A stretch of DNA of 64,000 nucleotides from Octopus sinensis (GCF_006345805.1 NC_043001.1:119722001-119786000); one strand, 5' to 3'; positions 25,381 to 38,810 are shown, counted from the first letter of the stretch. Numbers and translations are program-made. Notes: a model not told the origin generated them from the sequence alone.

Positions 25381-26299
25381 AAGCGAGAAAGAAGCAACAA
25401 GAATGGATAGGTTTTTAGTACGATCGTTTCATACAAGGACAGGTTTTATTAAAAGTTGCAAAGATGTAAATTTCCAGAGAAATGGAGATGAATTTCATAT
25501 TCACAGGCGATAAATTTTTCAATGGTTGAACACAATGAGGTAGGTATCAATTTCCTTTTCTCTTCTCTTTTAGTCCCCCTTCCCCCCCCCCCTTTTTGCT
25601 CCCTCCTCCATTATTTTCTCTCTTTTCTTCTATTCCCTCCTCTATTCTTGGCCGCTCTAGAAAGCCCTTCAGCCTTTAAGAGTTAAATAGCTACAGCCTC
25701 TTGTGAATAGCAGTAATGTGATTAATGTGGCAAATACCTAATCATATAACAAGAATTGATACCTACCTCATTGTGTTCAACCATTGAAAAATTTATCGCC
25801 TGTGAATATGAAATTCATCTCCATTTCTCTGGAAATTTACATCTACACCATTGGAATTTGTGCATCTATACAAAGGATTAATTCACCCTCTCTGTAATGC
25901 TAATAAGCAGGAATTGAGACCCACCTCGTTGTAATTAACAATGGATAAATTTGTCTTCTGTGAGTATATAATCCCTCATCATATCTCTGGAAATTCATAT
26001 GGATTAGGTCACCTTCTCTGTGATGCTATCAAAACTTTTTTAAAATTCTGTGATAAGACTGTACATCATCTTTAAAGAACTTTAATGAACTTTAGAAATC
26101 TGTTTATGTTACTTAATTATCTACATTACTTCATGAGTATAGCCTCAAACACTAGGATGTCTAGAGAACTCACATGTATTTTAGCTGATGAGTACGGGAC
26201 TCGTTTATATGCTGTAATCTTTGCAACTTTTAATAAAACCTGTCCTTGTATGAAACGATCGTACTAAAAACCTATCCATTCTTGTTGCTTCTTTCTCGC
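25381..26299. mobile_element. Penelope-like element end with an inverted, internally deleted duplicate
   Basis: 25381-25465 is the reverse complement of 26215-26299, and 25462-25552 is the reverse complement of 25753-25843. Confidence 0.8.
26179..26269 (+). ncRNA. Type I hammerhead ribozyme with an enlarged loop II
   Basis: TTTTAG CTGATGA GTACGGGAC [41-nt loop] GTCCTTGTAT GAAA C gatc GTA CTAAAA: 6-bp stem I and a palindromic GATC loop III. Confidence 0.7.
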
Positions 26300-26300
26300 G

Positions 26301-26340
<40 letters not shown>

Positions 26341-26440
26341 CACATATATATCTATATATATATATATATAAAATAATTTTTTGTGTAATGAGATAAAAAA
26401 ACCAAGGCTGTGTAGACATTAGAACATTTATAGATAGAAG

Positions 26441-26492
26441 ATCTTACAGCTGTTTCCAGGATATTTATTAATTATATTCCTCCATCGGAGAT
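26441..26492 (-). ncRNA. Degenerate type I hammerhead ribozyme (Penelope-like repeat)
   Basis: ATCT CCGATGG AGGA..TCCT G GAAA C agct GTA AGAT; two substitutions in the CUGAUGA core. Confidence 0.5.
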
Positions 26493-26759
26493 AGTGTGAG
26501 AGGATGATTAAGTAATAATTAATTTAGATGGGATACAAAATAGAGAGTGAGGTGGAGGAAAGAAAATAGATGTGAGATAAGTAGGGATATAGAATTTTTA
26601 GATCCATTTTTTTAGGCAGAATGGTATAAATGTAAGATTCCAATACTTTGAGAAAAATTCAACAGTTTTTAAAATTGTTCATTCCAAGTATAGAGTTTAT
26701 ACACAATGTAAGATTCCAATGGGTCTCAATGACACCATTACCTCTTATATATATAATAT

Positions 26760-26890
<131 letters not shown>

Positions 26891-27744
26891 CATACATACA
26901 TACATTTACATGATTATACATATATGTACATGATGACATCAAGTGAGAGTACTCAGTATCATAGTAGATATTCATAATATATTTATTTTCAATGAATCAG
27001 GTTCTTTCACCTGTATGCACACAGTACCATCAGGCAGGTTATGACTAAAGACATGTATTTATATGCGTGTGTGTGTGTGTGATTTCTCTCAAAGGGTGAG
27101 AAAGGAGATGTTGGTGAGGAAAAGGAAGAAAAGAAACAAAAGGAGAAAAGAAAAGGAAATGCATTGTGGGCAGGAGTTAATTTGATTAAAATATTCAATA
27201 AAAAATATACGAAGTATAAAGATGATTAGGAGAGAATGAGATGAGATTGTATCAAGTGAATAAATGGTGAAAAGATGACAGCTGAAGGAATTTGTTGAAT
27301 AAATAAATGAATAGATAAATAAATTAAAAGGGATGAATTAAATGTAGATGGATTGAGCTAGTAAATAAATGAAAAAAATATTAATTAAAAGATGTTAATT
27401 GAAAAGTTACACTTGATGGGGTTTGGCCTTTAATTACTGTTCATTCATGGCATGGATTCCAGATTCAGAAAATTGACAGTATTATAAACATGAATTAGTG
27501 ATGGTAGTTAGTAGTAGATGATAATGATTATGATGATGATGAGAATGAGGAGGAGGAAGCAGAAGAGGGGATGTGGAAGAGGGTGATGATAACTAGTAGT
27601 TATCTTAGAACTGATGAGGATGATGATGTTGATGATGATAATTTCTTTTATTTGCCACAAGGGCAAGGGATGAACGGGGCAATACAGAGACAGACATAAA
27701 GTGTGGGGGGTTTACATATGATAATGAAATGATAAATAATAATG

Positions 27745-27780
<36 letters not shown>

Positions 27781-28149
27781 GTAATAATAATAATAATAAT
27801 AATGATAATAATAATAAAGGTAATATTGATTTCTTTCATTTGCCATCAGAGTAACAGATGAGAGACAACCACAAAGACTTACATAACTTGCAGGGATTTA
27901 CATATAACATCAAATTAAAGAAAAGGAAGTGTAACACAAGTGTACATAGCATACAAAATTGATGATAAAACAGTACTCCTGATACAGGTAGACCTCTGTC
28001 TAAGACCAATCCAAGAACCCCAAAAGTCCAAGATCACTCGGAACACCAAGGACAAATGCCCTCAACAATCATTCTCTGACCTAAGCTTAGATAAGTTTCA
28101 TCCATTCTGGCCATTTTTGCTACCCTCAGCTAGCTTTCAAAAACAAAAT

Positions 28150-31100
28150 AAAAACACACACACAGTTATGAACTTTTTCAAGTGAAGCTTGAAAATTTCA
28201 ATAAGAACTTGATCAACGAGGGAAAGTGTTTGTCCTCAGACCTTTGAACCTTGTCCACTACACAACATATTTCACAAAAGTCACTGGACAGAGGAAAACA
28301 ACCTTCTCTGCCTGGTTAAAGGAGGAATGGAGCAATTATCATCAATGACTTGACTCATAGCCAAATGCACCCTACATATAACAGGTGCTGTTCAATATGA
28401 CTCCACAAGTCAATAATTCCTTGACACTGACTGAGTGCATGCAGAACGGTGTTGTCACTGTGTGTGTATCCCTAACAAGTTTGTCTGACAGCACCTCTGT
28501 GCCTGCAGACTCAATCTTCAACTGGAAGCACTCCACCAGTAACACTGCCAGGCTAGGGATTTCTCAAAGTGTTCCATTAGAATCTCCAGCCTGAATGTTC
28601 TCTGAAATAAGACTAACAAGTTCATTCTCGTTGACACCCAGAGTATCGTCTACAACATCCTCAGTCTTCCCTTTCACTAACTCTCTATGGATTCCTGGAT
28701 TGGAACTTGCACCAATCTCATTGCCCCATTGAAAGAGCAGTGAGCATCTAACAATGCTCTTGGTGCCATGCATCGAGTCTTGGTCTTCGCTTCACCCAGG
28801 ATTGTATCTCTGTCAAGAAGATGAGTTGTAGAAAGACATGCCTCACAAACAGTGACTACATCTTACCATCTTACCAAACAGCTTACCATCTAAGAATCTC
28901 TGCAGATGGGGCAACCAGAATTCATGCCTGTACCCTAGAAGCAACAGCATGCCAAGCCCACCAAATGGACTGCCTGACCAGAGATACACATCCCTTCCGC
29001 AAAAAGTTGAAGATCAGGTGCTCCAGTCTTTCAAGACAGAGACTGGAGCAAGGTACAACAGTGAGGCAATACAAGCATTCACCACCTCTGCACAAACTTT
29101 CAGGTAGAGCTTTCTTTAAGCCCATTTCTGGGTGAGACTGGTCACCTTGCTTTTCTCCTCATCCTAGTTCTGCTTTGTCTGGAGATTTGGACCAAACAGA
29201 CCACCAAGCATTTTAACTGGTCCATTGGTCCAGCACCCTACAACACCACCCATCAGCATGGGCTTGCCTCTCTAGGTACCAAAAAATGAGCCCACCAACT
29301 TGTATGGATTTATTTCAGCTCAAGACACTGGCTCGTATTCCTTCAACATAGGATGAACTGCCCACTTCTGTGACATCTGACACCATGGCAATGGCATAAT
29401 CCTCATTCACTGTCAGAGTCCTTGCACACTGTCTTGGTTCAAAGGAGAAACTCCTCAACAGCTCCAGCTTCTGCAGCAGTGGCTTGGGAGCTAGCATGTA
29501 CAGAAGTGAAAAGGGGCATCCATGACAGACTGAGTTCCAAGAGGTGGCTATTTATCTTAACTACCAAGTCAGAGCTACTGTGACTAGCAGCTGTCTAGCT
29601 TTTGAAAATGCAAAACTTGATAAAGCTTACAGATAATGGTGGTTGACCTTGTTGAACATATTAGAGTAGTGTAAATTGATTATGGCTCCACCAAAGCTAG
29701 TTTGATTCCCCACCCTTTCTATGATGCGTCACATGTAATGGAGGTTGTGTATAAACGTGTTTGAGATTGCATATGTCTGCACTTCCCAAATGAAAACTCT
29801 GGCTACAAGTGCCAGTCTCTCTGCCAATACCTTGGCCAAAATCTTAAACTCTGTGTTTAGCAGAGTTATGGGCTGGAAGTTATCGATTGCATCCTACTTG
29901 TCAAGTACTTTCTCAGCAATATTACCACGACCCAGTTCAAAAATATAGGAGTTCCCCAAGGACTTGCTGTAGATTTCTGTTGAGATGTCACCAAGGAACT
30001 GTGACATGTATGAGTAAAACTCTGAAGGAAAATCATCCAACCTGGGCGATTTGCACCTTAAGCAACTGCTCATCACCTTCCAAATTTCAGCTGCTGTTAT
30101 ATGTCTTTCAAAACCCATCGTGTCTTACACTAAGAGCTGCAGTAGGTAGTCAAGGTATGAACTGAAGTCCACTACCACCCCCAACTCACCACCAGCCCCC
30201 AAAATTTGAGTTAAAGGCTGTTGGAATGTAGAACACATTTGTTCGGGGCTGTCAAAGACCTGAATGTGGTTCTCTTTCCACTCTATGCCTCCTCCTCCAG
30301 GTTTATTAAACAGATTTCTTTCTTTCATGCTTTTGTGCCCAAGCACTGACAGCACAGTGTTTGGCTCCATGTTGAAGAAATGGGCAAGGGCCATTCATGA
30401 CACTAGCATGTCAGTTGCAACGCCTTTCCTTCATTGCTATGTAAATTCTCCTCCAATTTGCTTCTCTTTATTGCTATACCCTTGCTAAATGCTAAATGCT
30501 TTTGATTGAGATTTAATTGCCGCATCATTTGCTTCCTAAATTTCTCATTAATCTCATCCCATTAGTTTTTACCTTAGTCAACAATGCAGATCATATATTT
30601 GTGGTCTGTATAACACCTAATGCAGTCCCTATTCACTAGCCTAATAAAAACATTATCAAGATATCATCTGGATGACCTGCAATGTGCCACACTGGTACAT
30701 AGGGAAATCTAGTTGGTATCCACTGGACAGTCAAAAACGTCCAAGCTGGGGATTGGATCTCCACAATGTGCATCTCCACAATGCCATCATGCATCAAAAA
30801 ATACAGTTTCAGTCCCTACTAGTGATACATTCCAAGAGTGATACATTCCAAGGAAAGTTTCTAGACACCTGAAAAATTCAAAATGGCATGTTGTAATCAA
30901 AGCATAGGCAGTCACCTATCTAAAGGTACCACTTTCTCTGCTATTCACTCCTCAATCATAAGAAGTTTGCTTGTATTTCGAAATTCAAGGATTTCCAGAA
31001 CAGCACTGCCACTCTATCACCTGATTCTGACAAATTACAGGATGAGAAAATCTTGTAAATATCAAAAATGTCAAGGTATGTGCTCCAGAAATGTTTGTCT

Positions 31101-31250
31101 CACTAATAGTAGATACATCTATATCTATCTACCGAAGGTCATTGAGCAAGTTACATCACTTCCAAACTGGAATCAGGCCCCAAACATTTACACTACCAAC
31201 TCAAAGAATAGCTATTTAGGTCAGAGAAAGCAGGTTATTTACCTCTGACT
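28150..31250 (-). mobile_element. Degenerate Tx1/L1-clade LINE (ORF2: EN-RT-C-terminal region)
   Basis: KSPRLDDFPSEFY and NFQPITLLNTEFKILAKVLAERL at ~29800-30050; C-terminal region at 28400-28700; many stops. Confidence 0.85.
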
Positions 31251-31421
31251 TTGAGGATACCTGCTAATCCAGTCTTTCTCTTTTTTGTTGGCTGAAGGGA
31301 AGCAGAGAAAGACATTTACCAAACTCTTAAATGGGTTCCAGTGAATGTAAAGCCAGTCAGTACTGGCTGCCTTCTAGAAAGACACTGTTGTATGCTTTGT
31401 TATTATTATTGTTAACAGCTT

Positions 31422-31422
<1 letters not shown>

Positions 31423-31454
<32 letters not shown>

Positions 31455-31510
31455 CCATCCTTCTTTCATTATTGTTGCTGTTATTGTCATCACTGCTGCT
31501 GCTGCTGTTC
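31423..31510. repeat. (GCT)n/(GTT)n trinucleotide repeat
   Basis: Direct observation. Confidence 0.9.
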
Positions 31511-32029
31511 TTAATGTTGTTACCGTTGCTCTTGTCATCTGCTTAGTGATCAAATGATACAGATTTGTTTCAGTGACAATGCTGCATGGTGTTTCTCTCT
31601 CTCTCTCTCTCCCTTATAATGTCAGTGTCATTCTCTTCCAGTTCTCCCCCTCTCTAATTGCTGTACTTTCTTCTCTCGACTGAATCCATAATGAAAATCT
31701 GAAAGGTAAACAAACTTTTCCAACTGATACAAAATTTATATCAAAAAAGCACCCCTATAAATTAGGGGACTATATCCAAAAAAGAACTCCCCAACAGTTA
31801 GCAGATCATTTCCTCTTCACAATCATACAAAAATCAAATGTCGACACATTAAACTTTAGGGTGAAAAATGTAAATCAGTTGACAAATTTTCCAGAGCTGA
31901 AGCTAAAAGTACTTTGCCAAGATGCTAATAATGATACTTTCTTGAACTCTTTTGGAGTCGAAGACATAGACAAAGGAACAGTAGACATTCACATAGACAC
32001 ATGTAAACAATAAAAACAATAACAGTTAA

Positions 32030-34130
32030 AGAGAAATTTATACATACAAATTTCTGAAAGAGAGGTGTGGTAGGAAACTTTCACAGATCCTCGGCTACGC
32101 TAAACACCAAGAGCACCAGTGGAAGGAACCTCTCTTTCATCCATTCTCCCCAATTTGCAGGCACCAACTTAGTGTAGGCCCACTCCTTTGGACTATCCTT
32201 GCTATATTCACCCACCTTTCAACAAATTTATCTCTCAACCTTCACTCTCCTTTTCAGATGGGATTTAGGAAAGTCAATGGGGACTCAGCTGAAGAGGAAA
32301 GTGTCTCTCTTCAGTCCTATCAGTCTCGTCCACCACATAACTGCTCTTGCCATGGCCTCTAGATAGAAGAAAATTGCCTTTCCTTGCCAGTCAAACGAAG
32401 GAGTCAGATCTTTCCAATGGAGTCAGCCAACAGCCAGATCTGCCCTACATGCAGCTGCAAATGTGTAACATGACCCCACATGTGAGCAATGTTCAGAAAC
32501 TGCACAAGCACATGCAGGGCAGTTTTGTCATTCTCTGCACATCTTAGGCAAGCACAATTCCCTTCATTAACATACCTGTAGAGTTTATTGTGAACTGGTA
32601 ATAATCTCAGTAGCAGTGCCAGGTCAGAAATTTCTGGAAATTATCCCTGGGCCCCAGCCTAAAAGTCCTCCAGAGCAGACCAACCAGCTGATTCCCAAAG
32701 ATGTCACTACTCATTCCATCACTAATCCATTATAGAACACTAGCAGAGCTTCCAGTGACCACATTGTCAGCAGAGGACTGTGAGCATCTGACTAGTCTTT
32801 AGGTCCTATGTATCTGTCCTAGTCTCCTGAGATCTAGGACTGCAGCTCTGTCAAAAAGACAAGCTGTGAGAAAGTAAGTTCTTTCAGTCCTTTACTAGGT
32901 GAGACAGATAACCTTGCTCATCACCTCACTTCAGTTGTCCACAAGAAGGTTTAAACCAAGCCAGACCCCAATCAGTTTAACCCATCCATTTGTCCAGTAC
33001 CCCACAGCATTGTAGGATGACATAGACTTCCCTCTCCGGGTACTGAGCGATTGGCCCACTGACTTTTCATGATTAATTTTTTCTCTTGTCATTCCCTAAG
33101 AATACTGTCAATCACCTCAATGTGTTTAATTTACCAGTGCTACTCTCTCAAAACCTTGTTCATGCTGATATTCCACAAAACCTCTTACCTCCGTGGTAGT
33201 GGCTCAAGTGCCAGCACATACAGAAGTGGAGAAATAAAGCATCATTGGTGGACAAAACACAGGATATTGAATAGTTCTGATACAGGGTCATTTACTTTAA
33301 CCACCGAGCATATGTTACTACATTGCAGGGATTCAACCTCTGAAGATGGGACCAAAATGAACTATGGTGAGGACAGCTGGCAAGTATTAATAGTTGGCCC
33401 TATTGAAAGTTTTTGACTAACCTGAATTGATCAGGACCCCACCTATGCAGATTCTTTATCTGCTCTTTCTATGATATCTCACATGAAGTGGTGATTGTTG
33501 TAGATAGATCTGTTTGAGATAGATCTGTTGTACAGGGATCTGTCTGTGCTTTACCTACTAGATTATCGATGACAAGTGCCAACTCTTAGCTAATACCTTG
33601 GCTAAAATCTCCTCATTTAGCAGAATTACAGGCCTGAAGTCATTAAAAATTACCTCCATTATTTGAGTCCTTTCTCAGCAGCAACCCTACACCTAGTTTT
33701 GCAGCTCTGGAAATTCTCCTGTTCTGATGTCAGTTGCAGTAGACATTTGCTGAAACACCACCAACTAAGTTTGGTGCATATGAATATAAAGCTCATAGTG
33801 CAGTCCGTCCAGCCACAGCAACTGCTTCAAGCAGCCAACCATTGCTTCCTATATTTCATGCCTCTCACAGTAAGTAGTCTGCTTCTTCATTTGAGAGCCA
33901 CAACAGGCCATCGGAATACAGGCTAAAATGGATCAATGTCTCCAACCTGCCCTGAAAAATTGAGTTACATGTCACTGAAAAGTCATACATCTGCTTGGAA
34001 TCAAGTAGCATTTGGCCCTCCTGGTACATCAAACACTGACAGATGGCTTGGTTGCGATGTTATGCTTTCACTACCCGGACTAACTGAATAGTTTTTGTTA
34101 CCTCATGCCTGAGAGAACATGGCCCAATTC
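32030..34130 (-). mobile_element. Second degenerate Tx1/L1-clade LINE fragment
   Basis: aataccttggctaaaatc (ILAKVL) at ~33590, homologous to 29826; L1-type C-terminus at 32050-32500. Confidence 0.75.
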
Positions 34131-34361
34131 TGACATGTGCCTAAATTTCTTGTTGAATATATCTCTAATTGAGGATGCACATACACACACACACATATAG
34201 TCTTAATCTGGCATATGATACAGCTGGGGTAGACCTGTGCTCAAATCCAGCATGTGGTGGAAGAGAAACACATACACCAACACACAGACATATACATATA
34301 TACTATATATACTATAAATATATATATATATATGTATATATATATATTCTTTTTTTATTCT

Positions 34362-34752
34362 TTTTTTGTTTCAGTCATTTGACTGTGACAATGCTGGACA
34401 AATCGAGCCCGGTACTTATTCTTTGTAAGCCGAATACTTATTCCATTGGTCTCTTTGCCAAACTGCTAAGTTACTGTGATGTAAACACACCAAAATTGGT
34501 TGTCAAGCAATGGTGGGAGGACAAACACAGACACACAAACATTTATACACACACACACACACACTCACTTACTCACACACACACAGATATACAATGGGCT
34601 TCTTTCAGTTTCCATCTACCAAATCCACCCACAAGGATTTGGTTGCCCTGAGGCTATAGTAGAAGACACTTACTCAAGATGTCTTTCAGTAGAACTAAAC
34701 CTGGAACCATGTGGTTATTAAGCAAGCAACTTACCACACAGCAACTCCTGCA

Positions 34753-34755
<3 letters not shown>
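34362..34755 (-). mobile_element. Family A SINE
   Basis: Reverse complement of 2271-2678. Other minus copies or pieces at 35015-35160, 45110-45210, 50975-51140 and 51480-51620. Confidence 0.85.
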
Positions 34756-34791
<36 letters not shown>

Positions 34792-34899
34792 ACATATATA
34801 TATATTTATACATATATACTGAGAATTTATAAAACAACAAAAGATGAAGAATGGTGTGTAAACAACAGATAGATTATTATCAAGTGAGGCTGAGATTGT

Positions 34900-34939
<40 letters not shown>

Positions 34940-35245
34940 CACACAAATATATAGTATGTGTCTGTATATATATATAATATATATATACATATGTTTTCAT
35001 ATATATAAATATGTAACAGACTTCCTTCAGTTTCAGTCTACCAAGTCAATTTCTAAAGCTTTGGTTGGCCCAAGGCTATAGAAGACACTTTCCCAAGGTG
35101 TCACACAGTGGCACTGATCCCAAAACCATGTGATTGGGAAGCAAACTATTTACCACACTGGCACATCTGCACCTTGTATATATAATACATATTCATGATT
35201 TCATATATAAATATATATACATACAGTCACACACACGCACATATA

Positions 35246-35277
<32 letters not shown>

Positions 35278-35503
35278 GTCTATATATTTATAAGTATATG
35301 TATATATATATGTGTATGTGTATATATATATATATATACATATATGTAAATATCAAGAAGTAGTATTTATTCCCACTTAAACAGAAATGTTCTGTTAGAA
35401 CAAACTGTACTGCTGTATTTACGATGAGAGAAACTCTTATATAGGCTCTTGGTGCAGAATGCCTGCTTGTTTGTTTATGCTGCAAGTGGGAGATAACTCC
35501 CCA

Positions 35504-35555
35504 CCAAATCCAGATCATATGATTTCAGTCTTCTTTGATCTCATCAGTGATATGG
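35504..35555 (-). ncRNA. Possible degenerate hammerhead ribozyme
   Basis: CCATATCA CTGATGA GATC aaagaa GACT GAAA TC atat GA TC TGGATTTGG: core intact, AUC triplet, mismatches in stems I and II. Confidence 0.4.
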
Positions 35556-35989
35556 AGCCTCAACTGCTTCAGATAGCAGTGACTCATCCCTCTGCTAACA
35601 ATAATTGGAAAATCAGTGCCAGAACAGGCACTATATATATGATGGACTCTCCTGTCAGTTTCGATGGTGGTGGAGACTGATATGTGGATCTGAAAAGATT
35701 TATTGCTCAGTCCCCTTCGAGTTATCATAGTCTTCCAACTGATATCAGAGGAATTTAAGATTAGATACATATAGAAACTCCCTATAACTCCTATATACTG
35801 TTGACCTCATTTCTTATAGATGAATCTCTCTAGTAGGATTAGAGATGAAATTCCAGGCATGGAAGAAAAATTTATCAAAGAGTCTCAAGTCAACTTTGTA
35901 AAGGCATATATTTATAAGAAAAATGATAAGACCTTATTCCCATCAGAGAAAGGGCTATGCTCAATATGTAGAAAATGAGTAAATAAAAA

Positions 35990-36660
35990 TTCCAAACAGT
36001 CTCCTCAATGCAAGCTATGGACAAACAATAGGTACAATGGAATCATGGACAATTTAACAGAGAAAGCAGATCTGGTATGTGGCAGATGTGCATAAATAAT
36101 AAAACCCAAAGTGCACATAGGAGGATCACTAGCAATAGACGATAGCGTCTTCTACCGAGGTGATCTTATTAGCAGTGACATAAAATGCTCTGAAAGTATA
36201 GCAGCTGGTGTAAAGGCAAGCTGGTGAAAGTTCAAGGAGTTACTATTTCTATTGGTAGAAAAATGTTTCTCTCACTGAGTGAAAGGCAAAATGTATGATG
36301 CTTGTTTATGTGAACTGCTATGTTACACAGTGGTGATGCGTAGACCCTGATTGTAGAGAACCAGGGAAAGTTAGAAAGAAATGAAGCTAGCATGTTTTAT
36401 ATAAGTAATAAGAGGAATTAGACATAGTGTGCAAAAGAGAAGACTGTGTTGGTTTGGCCTTGTGATGAGTGTAAATGAGGATAGCTTTATAAAGAAGAGT
36501 CAGTTGTTGCTTACTGTAGATGAAAGCTGTAGAAAAGGCCAATCCAAGAAGATGTGAGATGAGGTGGTGGAGACTGATATGTGGATGTTAGGCCTCTTAG
36601 TGGAGATCCCAAAATAATTGGCGATGCAGTGCTAAAGAAAACTTGCCCAGCTATGTTAAT
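35990..36660 (+). mobile_element. Degenerate RTE LINE C-terminal fragment
   Basis: YRGDLISS...CSESIAAGVKASW*KFKELL..., KGKMYDAC and ERNEASM remnants. Confidence 0.75.
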
Positions 36661-37391
36661 AGAATATGACTGAAGTTCTCAAAGCACACAGTATTTGTAT
36701 ATAACTGAGGTCGTGGAAGCATAATGTATATGCATACTGTGTACACCTTCCTTCAATGGCCCTGTCAAGACAATAACTGTTGTGCTTTCTCCTTTCCCCT
36801 TTTTTACCTTTTTTCTCTTTCCCCAAGCTTCAAAACTTGGTCCCTTTCCTAAACCACTTCCAATTGACATTGTTACTCACATCCATATTTAGCATCATTT
36901 TTGTTTCCATCCAACTTCACTTTTATTTCATTCATCCCTCACTCCCATTAGCAAACTTTAACTCTACTTCTCATCTCTCTGTCACTTATCCTTCCATCAC
37001 TCTCCTAACTACTATTCTGATAATGTAAACAATTAATTCAATTTTGTACTCTCATGCTCTACTCCTTCTGAGTACTCCAGCTGACACAGCCAACATAGGT
37101 ACCAGTTCCCCCTTCCACACACGCAAGCTCACATTTTACCATCCACCATTTCCACCCCATCTTTATATCCATCTCCTATTCTCCTTCCATGCTCTTGCAG
37201 CCTTATCCATGCCTGCTAATTTGCTTGTCTCTCTGCTCTTTTCTGTTAAACATCTTGCGCATGTTAATGTAAAGGCATTTTCTGGCACCTCATCACTACT
37301 GTATTTACATCTCTTTCTGGCATCAATCCTTCTAACCTCACCCATCTGTATAAAATGAGGAATATCCATAAATCCTTACTCCTCCCAACAT

Positions 37392-38161
37392 TAGTGGTTC
37401 TCAACCAGTTTTTACTTACGGATGCCTTTGATTACTATTTTGTTCTAGAGTACCCTCGTAGCTATTTCATATCTAAAAACTAGTTTTAAAGAAAATTCTT
37501 CAAAACTTCCTATTTTGTTTTTCACTCATTCATTTTTGTAGGTTTTCACTGGGAAAACAGGTTTCAGTGGCCAAAAACTTGTTGATCTATGTTTCTTGCG
37601 AAATAGATATATACTCTATACTCTTTTACTCATTTCAGTCATTTGAGTGCAGCCATGCTAGAGCACCACTTTTAGTCAAAGAAATCGACCCCAGGACTTA
37701 TTCTTTGTAAGCCTAGTACTTATTCTATTGGGCTCTTTTGCCGAACTGCTAAGTTACAGGGATGTAAACACACCAACATCGGTTGTCAAGCAATGTTGGG
37801 GACAAACACAGACACACAAACATATACACACACATACATATATATATATATATACATATATATGATGGGCTTCTTTCAGTTTCCATCTACCAAATCCACT
37901 CACAAGGCTTTTGGTTGGCCTGAGGCTATAGTAGAAGACACTTGTCCAAGGTGCCATGCAGTGGGACTGAACCCGGAACCATGTGGTTGGTAAGCAAGCT
38001 ACTTACCACACAGCCACTCCTGCACCTATGTAAAGAAAAATTTTTTGAAGGACTCCTACTCAGCTACTGTGAATCCCCAATTTACTATTTTGTTCGAGTG
38101 GACTCCTAGAAATCTTATATAGACCTCCCAAAAACATATATACCCCAGCTGAAAACCACTG
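37392..38161. mobile_element. hAT-type MITE interrupted by a family A SINE (37621-38028, -)
   Basis: TIR tagtggttctcaacc ... gctgaaaaccactg; no clear 8-bp target-site duplication. Confidence 0.65.
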
Positions 38162-38776
38162 CTTTAGATCCTCAACACATTGTATAAGGCAACAACTTTG
38201 TGTCTAATTCTTCGTCTCAATAGAGATTATGTTTAATTCTTCTTTTCAATTAAGTCTTGCAACTTAACTCACAAGGTGACCACACTAGATCTGATGAGTG
38301 CAAAATACACCTAGAGTAAAGTGGGCATAAAAAGAGTGATACATATGAAATCATATTTGTATGCATGTGTGCATGTGTGTGTGTGTATATATACATATTG
38401 TTGTTATTATCTTAAACTGTCATTGTCCAAATTTGGCCAAATGTGTTTTTTTTGTTTTTTTTAATATTTAATTTTGTTCAGACTATTGTATCTCCAGCTG
38501 CTTCAGATGCCAAAATATGAAAATTGTGAAAGTGTAGTACAAAGGTTTAGCATTTTTCAAATGTGTACTAAGTCCCACACACAACAGTTTTGCAAAAATA
38601 TTTCTGACTGAAAATATCATACATGCGCGGAGTTACAATTTTGTGCACCCAACAAAGAATTATTGTTGAGCTGAAATTGTTGCTAATGTAAAAAGAAATG
38701 GAATGGTGAAACTATATTTTTGTTTTCTGAAAAAGCAATGTTTTGGACTTACGGCACTTTTGTATAATAGCAACGT

Positions 38777-38810
<34 letters not shown>

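Noticed and set aside
38285-38320. CTGATGAGTG..CAC hammerhead-like start
   Set aside because: No downstream GAAA or cleavage triplet.
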